Below are positions 1-11,853 of a stretch of 64,000 nt of DNA, piece by piece. The position numbers were made by a program, and so were the translations under genes. The DNA lies in NCBI GenBank assembly GCA_000320545.1, contig ADNK01002519.1, forward strand, positions 254,430-318,429. The letters are read 5' to 3'. The stretch is from Bigelowiella natans CCMP2755 (lineage: Eukaryota; Protista; Cercozoa). The notes beneath the pieces are model-generated. The model was not told the origin of the DNA, did not search any database, and saw only the letters and a list, made by a program, of their open reading frames with translations. Numbering within the stretch: position 1 is the stretch's first letter; the number at the start of each line of letters is the position of its first letter.

Positions 1-2283
1 CTCGCATCCAATACGGCAGCAAATATCAGATATCTGCCACTGTAGCTATCACCACATTTCTACTTGATCAAATGCAGGAGGGACGAAAAGCATCGTCGCC
101 ATGGTTTGTGCTTTACGATGATAAAACAGCACATATCTCCTAACAAACAGAATTCGCGCTTACAACACCGTTAGACCCGAGATGTCGTCTGTATTTTCAA
201 ATAGGAGGCATATGATCGAGCTATATCCAAAGTTACGTCAATTTGACACGGTCCCTATTTTCTGGAATCGAGAGGAAAAGGTTGATTCAATATATAACGC
301 ACGAGCTTCATGATACTCTCGTGTTGATTACTAGGATTGTAATGCAACCCAAAGCAAGGCTCATGCCTGATAAACATAACGACAATCAAGAAAAAGAAAA
401 AGAATAATAATAATAAGATGATGATGATGATGATGATGATGCCATGGTGCGTAGTACAAGATCGTTGGTGCTTTCGTGGGAATCGTTGGAATAAAAACCG
501 TTAGTCTTACTGATAGAATTCAATGACTGCTACTCAGAGTTGGCTTAAAGGCTCTACCGTGTTTGCGGCTACGAGAAAGCGCATGCAACAGTTGAAAAGT
601 GAATACAAATTAGTAAGGTTCTTCCAGCCGCGCCTTCTTTGCTCTGTATGTCAATCCTAATATATCAGAAGAGAGCACAGCCTTTGAATGTGCTACTGCC
701 GTAGGTATCTATGGAATGATCCAGAAGTAAGCTTTAAGAAGTTTTTGTTTGTAAGGCTTTGCGTTGGGTAATTCATGGCGATCGCCGCATATAGATTAGT
801 ATACGACCAATGATGCTGCTTTTTTGTGTTCAAATGGTGGGGAGTCGAAATGAGGTATAATGGATGCAATCGGCGTGAGCGCCATCGCCTTTTTGGCAGT
901 CTTCAAAAACGAATAGTTGAGAAACAAAGTGAAGAGGAGGAGAGGCAGACAAATTGCTGCTTTTAGTAAAACATCCGATGGTGGACGAATAGGCATTGTA
1001 GATTGTACGATTGATTGTTATTGTCGGGACTATCATCTCAGGTCTCGATGCTTTGGGTTAACTCTTGAAAAAGGTATTTCCTCCTCTCTCAATTGTCCCA
1101 CGCTACTCTCACAGCTTTGATGAGGAAACTTGTAATAAATATAGGAGCGAAGTCCCAGAGCGCGTGCATGCCAATCGCGGTAGGAGGTGGAGGGGAGAGG
1201 AGGGGAGGGGAAGGGAGGGGATTACGAGATCTAAGCTATCGAATATTATAAAGCAGAGCTCCGTTCTCCAACAACAACATCTATTTATTCATCTATATCA
1301 TCATTATTCTCATTGTTCCAAAGGACATGCCAAACCACGACGTAGTTCCTGATGCAGGATGGACATTTGACACATCCTCAAAGGTCAGTGGAGATCTCCC
1401 CCCCCCCCCCCCTCCTTCCTCTTACTGTTCGCCTTATCATCAATATCCTCACCATCAATCTTCATTGTATACGTCGCTGTCTCTAGGCATTTGTGATGAG
1501 TGCAAAGAGGCCGTTGGCGGCTGGAAAACAAGTCTTTATTTCATACGGACGCAAACCCAACTGCGACCTTCTCCTGTAAGTTGAGCCGCAGAATTAATAA
1601 AACCAATCAAATCGGCGCAAATTAACGATTTTTATTTGGTCTGTGGGAATCGGGTTTGGATTATAGAGTAAAGAGCATCGGTGTATATTGGGTGTAATCT
1701 ATGTGGAAAATCTTATTTTTGATACCATTTGTGCTCGAAAAAGCCACTACGGATTCTGCCTCGCGTCTAATCTGCGAGATAGTGTCCAAATTGACGTGCA
1801 GCTGGGGAAGAGTGAGACAAAACGGCTCAGCATATCGGTGAGTGAAAGCTAGTAAAATGATGTAATAAATAGAGGCAAGGAAGATATCATGATCATATCA
1901 CGGCCATTCTCTCTAGCTATCTGCGTACTACTTACATATACACACACACACGCACACACCACATCTTCTTACAAATGAAGTTTTAATTCCTCCTTGCTGT
2001 TGATTGTTTGATTGACCGAGCACAGAGGCATGGACAGCAGATACCTACGATCTCCTTCTCCATTCTACGAATGGCCATGTGCATCCTTGGTAGTGAACAC
2101 ATCAGCACAGGAGCTTGTTACATATCTCTCCAATCACACAAGCAAGAGAGAGCTGATGGAAACCATTCATATAAGAAATGGAGGCGTGCGGGCCCTCGTG
2201 TTGCATGAGCGTTAGGGAGTTGAGCTGTCTCTCCGGACAGATGCATTGTAGAATCGTCGATTGCTTCATACTACGCTCTCTGA

Positions 2284-2350
<67 letters not shown>

Positions 2351-2988
2351 TATAATGGTGCATGCTTATAGTGTAAATCCTTCCTCATGCTACACAAAGG
2401 TCACGGCGAACAAGACGCAAAGGCAATACTTGCGAAATGCGTGAGACAGAGGATGAAGAAAAATGTAGAGGATCACAAGAAGAGCAGCCATAGGAAAGAA
2501 GACAATGATAATGAGGAGGAGGAGAAGGGGGGGGGGGTGGAGGGGGAGGAGGAAGAAGACACCTACGATCAGAACGAAGTCGGCGAAGAAGGAGAGGAGA
2601 GTGAAGATGACATCATCGGTGATGGATTCAACGAAAACGAAGGAGGAATGCTAAACGTAAAGAATGGTGATAACAACAACGCCATTGAAGATTGCAATGA
2701 GGATAATGACACTGACGATGCAAGACAACAAGGGGCTTTTGAACGCAGCACTCGCAGCGACGACTCTTTTGAGAACGTAAATGATGATGAAGCAATAGGA
2801 AAGCGACGAAAACACCGCCGATCTACAAAAGCGTGGGGAAGAGTATCTGCTGGGTCTGAATTAAAAATCCCTCACACTCTGGTAATATATAGAGGCACTG
2901 CGAGCAGTCGTCCACCTGTAGTTATACTAATCTTGCTACTCTTTGGTTTGATCTGTTAAATGCAATTTTAAATGACAGGGAGAGAAAT

Positions 2989-3029
<41 letters not shown>

Positions 3030-3107
3030 CATCGTGTTGACCGTGTTGATATAACACTAGAGAGCTCTGCTTGCTCTTCCTATCTCAAGCTTTAAAGATA
3101 TCCGGTA

Positions 3108-3157
<50 letters not shown>

Positions 3158-3654
3158 CCCAACTTCGCGCACAATCGCAGTCTTCGTTCCATCATTGACC
3201 ACGTGAAGATACACTCACACCACACACACATATGCATGCTCACATAACATCGGTAGAATCAAGTATGAATCTAGGGAAGAGACGATCAAATATGCTCCGC
3301 CCGATGTTGTGCATGAATGATACGGATGATCAGGTGTGGATGTATTAGCGTCGAGAATGAGATAGGTGTGCTTGCGGCCATAAGGGACGCTTGCAAAGAG
3401 GCTCTTCAAAGGTATTTCCTCGCTGTACAGCACGATTTCCACAATCAAAAACACTTGGGAACGACGTGAAATCAATGAGAGAAGTCGTAGACGTTGTATC
3501 AATTACTGCTTGTTCAACACTACAAAATAGAAAAAGAAGAAGAAGAAGAAGAAGAAGAAGAAGAAGAAGAAGAAGAACAGAGGAAGTCCTTTGCTTTGAA
3601 TAATACGACTCATGTTATCATCCTTTCCTCAATAATAACCGTTATGTCACATTG

Positions 3655-3691
<37 letters not shown>

Positions 3692-3698
3692 CCTCTCT

Positions 3699-3739
<41 letters not shown>

Positions 3740-4117
3740 CCTATATGAACTTAATACAACATAGATATCCCACCACATTGGAAGAAGATAAGAAAATTCG
3801 AGATAAACTTCAAGGCACAGGAGAGGGAGAGGGAGGGGAGGGGGGGAGAGAGGAGAAGCAACACTCTGGCAGTTTCATCAAGCATCTTTTCGCAGTGAGG
3901 TAGTTGCGACTTTTCTTCCCCACACAAAGACATGAACTCTTTGATATAGCACAGCATGGTGAAGTGTATTTCAGTTTTGCCTTCTCCTCCTCCTCCTCCT
4001 CCTCCTCACTTGTCTATTATCAGGCTGCGTATGGGAGAGAAGAGGGTGTTGAAGTGGCATATGGACTTATACGATCTCGCCGTTAGGTACTACCATTGAC
4101 ATGATGACACGTAGACC

Positions 4118-4157
<40 letters not shown>

Positions 4158-4378
4158 TACTAACTAGATCAACAACTTGTTATATGGGAAGAAGGGTCGT
4201 TTTGGTTATGATTATTGTTGAGTATCACACGCCATTCTTAACTCCGCACAGATTGTTAAAGGGGGGAGGAGATTCGCTGCTGAAGGAAGAGGACCTTTGC
4301 AAAATCGAGATGTATAAAAGGTGATATTGTGGCCATCACTGTCATTTACTTTTTGTAGTTATGTAGACCTGTAGTTGT

Positions 4379-4418
<40 letters not shown>

Positions 4419-4509
4419 GTGTGTGTGTACAAGGAGCTCATCCACTCGGGTATATGTCCAAAAAGTTGTCCAGAAACTCATCAAAAGAAAGCTAAAATCT
4501 GCCAAGTAG
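1..4509 (+). CDS. SET-domain protein-lysine methyltransferase with Rubisco-LSMT substrate-binding domain (SETD3/LSMT-like); multi-exon, 5' end outside window
   Basis: Spliced exons give FDTVPIFWNREEK/SWLKGS (~240-600), SRCFG (~1040), DMPNH (1324), VFISYGRKPNCDLLL/HYGF (1530-1760), ISVENE..VL (3345), YPTTLEED (3766) and LRMGEKRVL (4025). These are the ordered motifs of the LSMT family. Likely stop TAG at 4507-4509. Confidence 0.85.
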
Positions 4510-4710
4510 TTACACACTTCCACTACCTTCAATTTTATGATCAACAATGCATTAGCCGGTCATATCAGCTGCATCATCATGTTGAATGCGGAAATTGCTA
4601 TTACGATCAAGTATAATCCTCTGCACACATTACAACCTTGACAGCATATGCGACATCAAGCGTTTCATTAATTAGCCCTTTATGCATGCTATAGCTTTAC
4701 ATGCAAGGTG

Positions 4711-4743
<33 letters not shown>

Positions 4744-5007
4744 TTGCTTTTGCAAAAATAGGAAGACCCGCGCGCTGGGTAAAATAACAATAGCAGACGC
4801 AGTTTGAGCGCTGTAGCCGCCGCTTATTTGCACAACTGCACTAGGATGACCATTGCATGTAATATAATGCAATTCATTCATTACTTCCTTCTCATGCACG
4901 CGCAATATATACAAATGTGTGAGTGTGTGCGTGTGTGCAAAAAGGGCAACTTTTCCACATCATGCGTCATTCACTACATTAGTACATGCCTTTATTGTGC
5001 CATTCTT

Positions 5008-8000
5008 CTAGATATGACTTTTCTTCTCATCCTCGGTAAGAAAACGTGCGTTGGATTCGTCTTTGAGAGAGGCATCCTCTTGAATTTCTTCTTTCGCCAG
5101 TGTACCTGCTTTGTATTTAACTAGCCACTTCATCGAGCCAAGCGCAGCTTTCCCAGTTGCGAGTAGCGGGATCTCCTTCACCCTGATGAGAAGATTTGGA
5201 AGCTGCACGCCGTTGACCCCATTCTCACGAAGGTGTGTTTGTGCTGCCTTAAGATCCTTCATATCGGCATCTGGAGTAGCCAAGATGCCGATGAAGGTCT
5301 TTTCGAGCTCCGTTGCCTCAAAACCTTCAACAGCGACTGTCATCTTCCCCTCATTGTTCGGCCCCCACTTCTTCTGCAGCACCTTTTCCAACATGGGGAG
5401 AGAGACCATCTCTCCGGCCACCTTCACAAAGCGCTTTTGGCGTCCCATGAGATACAACTTGCCGCCCTCCATTCGACCCAAATCACCGGTGTCATACCAG
5501 TCTTTCGAGTCCTTATATTCTACGAATGGAATCTTATTCGTTGTTCCCTCGAGATACCCAGAGAAAACGCCTGGCCCTCGAGCGATGATCAAACCTTTCT
5601 CTCCCTTTCCTGCCTCAATGTACTCGCCGCTCTTCCCTTCGATGACAATCGCAATCGATGTTTCTGGGGCGGTCTTGACAGGTTCTCCGACCCCTTGATT
5701 AGGCTGCCCTGGTACGTTGCATGTAAGAACAGGGGAGGTTTCGGTGATGCCGTAGCCCTCGACGACGCCATCACGAATGCCAACCTGTGCGGCCTTTTTC
5801 ACCACGATGTCAGGGAGCTTCTCAGCCCCTGTTACACAGAGCCTCACCGACTCAAGAAGCTTGCGCTCTTTGCCTGCAGCTGCAAGTAACCCACTCAAGA
5901 ATCTTGGAGTGCCCAGGTATATCGTCGCTTTCCATTTGGCGACTTGGAAGACAAGGCGTTTCGAGTCTGTTGGTGATACATAGTATGCAACCTGAATACC
6001 TGTTGTGAGGGGGCAGCACGTAGTCGCCGTCCAACCGAAGCTGTGGAAGGGAGGCAAACAGCCCATCAGTATATCTGGCTTCTTGGGCTTGGAACGTAGC
6101 AGCATCTCTACGATGCCTCCAATGTTGGAAAGGACGTTTGTGTGTGAGAGGGGTACACCCTTTGGGGCGCTCTCGCTTCCCGATGTGTACAGGATTACAC
6201 AAGGGTCGGAGGCCTTGACCTCGTCGAGGCTGTATCTTGCTTTGATCTGCTCGGTGTTGAGCTTGGAGGTAAAGAGCGCAGCCTTGATCATGTCAGTATA
6301 GTAGAGCTGCGTCTTGATGTCCTCGTAAAAGACCATCAGATTGCTTCCCTCCCCGTCCTGGAACACCTTGAGATCCACTGTGGACGCGATTCGCTTGGTG
6401 AATTTCTTCGCGGTGAGGACGCATTTGATGTTGGCGGTCTTGATCACATGCCTCAGGTTCTTGCTGCCGTGCGTCCAATTGATCATCACCGGCACTTTCC
6501 CCGCCATCATGAGGCTGAACGCCATGATCGCAACACCGGACGTCGCTGGGAGCATGAGCCCGATATTCTTCCCTTCAAACATCTCTGGGTGCGCGTTGAT
6601 GTAATCGGCTAGCAGCACAACCGCCGTTTGCATGCGGCTATAGGTCATAGGGCCTGTGGTATCGTCCCCAATGGCGATGTGGTTCTTCATTCGCATCGCA
6701 TTGTTCCAAAAGGCGAGAGGCAGCAGCTCGCCTTTAGGCAGCTGCGGGGCTGGGCGGTCATGGGGTGGCAGCCACCCTTTTGGCGCATCCGGGATCTTGA
6801 TCTGCGCCATCTCCCCCTCCTTTGGGCGTTTCGTGAAGATGGCCCACGCGACCATTTCGACTGTGGAAAGATCAGCAGGCTCAACCTCCTCGCAGTTGTA
6901 GGTATCTTGCATCCACCCAATCAGCTCTGGAATGCTGATAGACGTCATTCCAAGGTCGAACATCAAGTTGTGCTTTGGACTCACAACGCCCTTAAACCCG
7001 GAGATCTCTGCTACCTTTTTCGCAGCTGCAGCCATGATATCCTTTGGAATCAAGGCAGTGTTCACCACCTCTTTCTTGACATTGTACCCTGCTTTTCCCA
7101 GTCGCGCAGTTACATCGTCCTCGTACTTCTTGGAAAAGTCCTCGAAGTAGTGCTCCGCAGAGTTCCAGCACGCCGCACAAAGAATGGAGACGAGAAAGGC
7201 TGAATGCGCTATTCTATCGTACCAAAGCAGGCTCGCCATCACCATTGTTACTGTGCCAGCAACTAAATGGAACAGCACGTAAATGGCCTTGTTTACCAAC
7301 GAAATGGCCGATATCTTCTTGAAGAAGCCAAAGCCGCCCGCATCTGTGGAATTGCTAAGAATAAGTGGTAGTAGACGCTTGGGAGGGGGGAGAGATGGGA
7401 TCGTTTCGTTCGATCGTTTCTCGTGGTATATTCATCAAATTTTGATTTTTTAAGTGTCTTTTCTAAAGGATGGCGACATATAAAATCGATGATTCAGATC
7501 CCGTCACACACTACGATCGTGTGACTCCTATCAATCGAATTCCCACATTTTCATCATCACAGAAGGTAAAGCTCTCAGTCTCATCTGTTTATTTGTCCAT
7601 CATCGTCGTCATTCATCATCGTCATCATCCTCTTTTTCTTCTCAGAGCGCAATATCTAACCTGTCATGTACTCGTAAAGAGTCATCAAACGCTTTTCGCG
7701 TGCACGTTTTGCTAAAACTAAGAATACCCATGTATAGTAGCCAATGCACCTTTTCGAACAGAAAAAGCCGTCATCAGTGTCATAACTGTAAGGACTACTA
7801 CTACTTCTTCCTTCTTCCTCTTCTTTATTCTTTATCTTCTGTTTCTTAATACTACTACCAGGGGATGTAGATGTACTTCAAAGCTCTCGAAACCTGATGA
7901 CAACAAACGGTTCATCATCCAGCATCATACAGCAGCATACTCATCTTGTAAGTGACGACAAGCTTCAAACAGAGATGAGGAAGAAGAGGAAAAGATAGGG

Positions 8001-9485
8001 TACTATTATTATCATTACTACTATTATCATTACCGATGAAAAGGACGAATATTCTCCTTCCACAGCATCCGAGAAGAACCCCTCGCCGCAGTGCCAGCGA
8101 AGCTGACGTTTATAGCAGTGCCGATCCAATTTTCAATGTCCAAACAGCTCATTCAAAAGCAAAGTTAGTATTACCGAATATGTGAATAAAGCAGGGTTGA
8201 TGTGGATAAAGACCGAGAAGACCTTCTCCTGAAAGGATGTACATACATATAAATAAATAAATAAATAAATATATATATATACTCGTTCATAAACAGAGCA
8301 GAGGGGGGGACAAGGAGGGTATGGGTAGAGAAACTAGCATCATTTTACCCAGTCGTGAAAGACCAAAGAGTTATCGAAAACGACGACTGACCAAGCCAAG
8401 GGCCCATTGGACACCTACACAGCAAAATTACCATTCAAAAGAGAGCGAGGAATCATAATGGCAGAAGATATCAAGAGAGTAGTCCTAGCTTCAGCACAAC
8501 AATCTGTCTACTATTACTAGTTGTAGTAGTAGTAGTATCAGCAGCAGAGTAGTAGTACCACGAACAACGCTTTGAAGAAAGTTGAGGACGGATATATCCA
8601 ACAATAGACCATGCACAAAAAGTTTACCTACATATAAAAAAACATCGCAAAAGAGCGAAATGGCTAATCATATCATGTCAACTATACAAACCTAACAGAT
8701 CATCAGAGATACGGTATACATGCAATAATATGTACAGCAATTGAAGCAGAGGAACATGCTTGCAGCAGACAAGGTAGCAGAAGTCGTAGAAGAAGAGCTG
8801 CCATCCCATCGACTTGTATCTCTGGAACATCGTCGGGACAAAGAAAACCGATTTAACAGTCCAGATGATATAAAACCACCTGCAAACGAATAGCAAGTAT
8901 GCAACAGTTTAAAAATAAATTAGCAAAGATCAACGTCGTGTCCAAAGTAAGGCAGGGCAGTGTATTTCATCTCAAAATATAGGTATTAAATAAGTTGAAC
9001 GGCACCAAAAGTGTGCATGCGGAATGCCACCATACAACGGGATTTGGAACTCTTCATCACTATTTTTCTAGTTATCGAATCGTTATATTCTGATAGTCCT
9101 CCGGAAGTATTACTGGGGGAAAGCGCCAAGGATGTATGAAGTTACTACAACGTTGCAGACCATCAACGTGAAACTAAGGTGAAGAGAAGAACACAATTCA
9201 ACCTTACGATTGAGGGAAAGAATTTCGAACAACTTTGAACAGTGTAAATGCCTGTTTGTCTTCACTACTCTCTATATGATGGATTTCCTTCGCTACTCTC
9301 TATATGATGGAATTTATCACTTGATCTTATCGTTCAGCTTGACGAAGCTGATTGCTCGTCTCCCCACCTGACAGAGAAAGATTTTCATTGCCAAATTCCG
9401 TTGCAAAATAGATTCATGGTGGGCGAAACGTTTAAACCACCTTTCTACTCGAAGGTTTAGCAGAGGAACTCTCCACGTTCGACAT
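5008..9485 (-). CDS. Fusion protein: Gpc1/GPCAT (DUF2838) membrane acyltransferase + phosphopantetheine carrier (ACP) domain + Aas-type AMP-dependent acyl ligase; about 11 exons, start approximate
   Basis: 5' exons read DKIK-FTLMVCNVVVTSYILGAFP, RYKSMGWQLFFYDFCY, NGPLAWSVVVFDNSLVFHDW-EKVFSVFIHINP (Gpc1 signature). The last exon (7343-5008) carries the Gpc1 C-terminus (CWNSAEHYFEDF), an ACP motif DLGMTS (Ser at 6940-6942), and the adenylation motifs YTSGSESAPKG, LPPFHSFG, GAEKL, EGYGITE, WYDTGD, GRQKRFVKVAGEMVSL and PLLATGK. Confidence 0.88.
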
Positions 9486-10094
9486 ACTCTTAAACTCCTC
9501 AAAGGATTCGAATCTCTGATGATAGGCCAAATATCACGTTCACGCTGCAGCTGCCATTCACCACCCACGAAAGAACCCTAACATTTTTCATCTCACCTTG
9601 CCCCCAGACGTGATGGAGTAAAGGACCCCGAGAGGAATGGAGTATGCAAGGAGGGATACAAACATATCAGTAAGATGATTCGAGGAATGAATGGGGGCTT
9701 CGTTGATATGTTGATACGATAGTGGTTATCGGAAGAATTCCCAAGAATTCGCAGTTCAATTTCACCCTGCGACAATACGAAATTACGAATTTCTTTCTTG
9801 AACGTGCTGTCATCTCAGGAGATATTTTTAGCTAGCAAAGGGCCAATGCAAATAGAAAAAGGAACGACGGAATCTCACGATTTAGGGCTTTGTTTTAAGG
9901 CGTTTCGCTTAAAATGCGACTTTATGCTCGAATTACGTCAAAAACGCACTGCATTTCGGGTGTTTTCTGGAACAGCAGATATTGGGTCTGCGACATCGAA
10001 ACGATGTCAAAAAATATTCTGCGACAAGTTGCCTTCCTCCCCCCGACCGACGGTCGACGTCGTCTGCACCTCGAATGCCGGAGTGAGTCCCCGG

Positions 10095-11356
10095 ATGGAG
10101 GAAACGTTACGGAAATGCCTTCATCCACTGTTTTAACTTATTTTGCTCGGTTGTACATCTTAGGAGATATGTAACCTCGCATCCAGTGCTGGCGGGGGTA
10201 ATTACATAATCCTTCGTACTTCCACACTCTCTTCTCATTAGGTTATAATCGCATTTTTGAATGTGCAGATGCTGGCAGGGGCATGCGAAATATGCATCAC
10301 GTATCCTTTCGAATATTCCAAGGTTTTCCGCTCGAAATTACGCGTAGAGAGACAGCAATGTCCAAGTCAAAGTACACGAACTATTTCCCGTAGGTTCAAT
10401 GCCAATTGCTCTCTCGTGTCCCGATTGCGCCTCCTTCACCAGCACTGTCACCGTCATCATTATCCTCGTCTTCATCGTCAAAGTCAAATATACAGACCTT
10501 TACCGTAATCATCGCGTTCATAACCTAACGCTTCCTCTCCCCACTGTAAAGCAGCAAGCCTCCTGTCGTACAATCGCGACGGCCTTCCACGCTTATCTCA
10601 GTCATTCGAGACACTGTTCGGAGGCAAGGGGTTCACTTAACTCAAATTTATTAATTAATTGGGGAAAGTTGTTAAGAATGGAAACATAGGGATATGACAT
10701 CTTCTTTCTAATTGATAGCCGCTCGCACTTTACGAAGGACTGAGCCCCTGGTATTTGTGTTTGGCACTATTCTCAATCTTCTTCTTCTTCTTTTTCTTCT
10801 TCTCCTTCTTCTTTACATCACATTCACACGGGATATATGGATTTCAGGCTAGTGTTCTCCATTCCTAGAGCAGCCATTAAATTTTCAACGTATGAGGTTG
10901 TCTTCATCGCTCAGGCACACAAAAGCGAAACAACACTTAAACAACACATTGACTCTTGGTGAAACAATTTGAGTTAAAAGCCTCCTCAGTAAACAAATAA
11001 GCGAAATCTTATCAGTAACCTCATAGTCGATCGAAGCATTATCAAAGATTTCAACATGATTAAAATGGAATTATCAATATAAATTACTGAAAGTGTTTGG
11101 CCGTTTTACCAGGGCGTGCTGCCTTGAAATTTTAACTTTGCATATGTGAAAATATCAAAATAAATATCTTCTGATATGTAAACTGGGGGCCAAAATCATT
11201 ACCCTTCAGGCTCTACTACATCGTAGCAATGCGTACCTAGATTCAACGGAACTTGTCCCACCAGAAATCGTCACCATGGTTGTCGTTTGGAAGAATAGCA
11301 CATAGATATATAACACACACGTAAATGAAATCCTACAGCTAGAACCCACTTTTACA

Positions 11357-11397
<41 letters not shown>

Positions 11398-11412
11398 ATA
11401 TTATATATATAT

Positions 11413-11451
<39 letters not shown>

Positions 11452-11817
11452 GATATTTTTTTCCGAGAATAGGTATGCGGTGGAGTTGCAGGCGCAGTGG
11501 AATTTGGGGTTGCAGGTGGTGAAAAACACATCATCTTGAAAGAGACAGAGTACCTGCTAACAGCCTAACAGCTATCTAGCTCTGAAATAATATTAAAAAT
11601 CACAGACAGTTTTTCCTTCTACGATTCTTCGTGTCGTGTTAATACACACGTATACACACACGCACGTGCGCACACACATACACATTTATGTCTCATCTCC
11701 TGATACTACTTGAACGTTGCTTATCCGAAGGAACTCCTATGCAAAATATATCCATAAAAGTCCTGCACGACTCAAATAAAGGGTAGGCTTAAACTAGCAT
11801 ATATCATAGGATGATTG

Positions 11818-11853
<36 letters not shown>

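Noticed and set aside
5111-7203. Plus-strand ORFs of 60-218 aa overlapping the acyl-ligase exon
   Set aside because: Antisense shadows of a codon-biased CDS; no motifs.
5008-7299. Interpreting the 763-aa ORF as an NRPS/PKS or a bacterial contaminant
   Set aside because: There is no condensation, KS or TE domain, the order is ACP then A, the motifs are Aas-type, and the ORF is spliced to intron-rich host exons.
9266-9312. Direct repeat CTACTCTCTATATGATGGA x2
   Set aside because: Local intronic tandem duplication with only two copies; not CRISPR or a TSD.
10095-10175. Apparent non-canonical GA-AG first intron in the carrier gene
   Set aside because: A canonical GT donor a few bases upstream gives the same reading frame.
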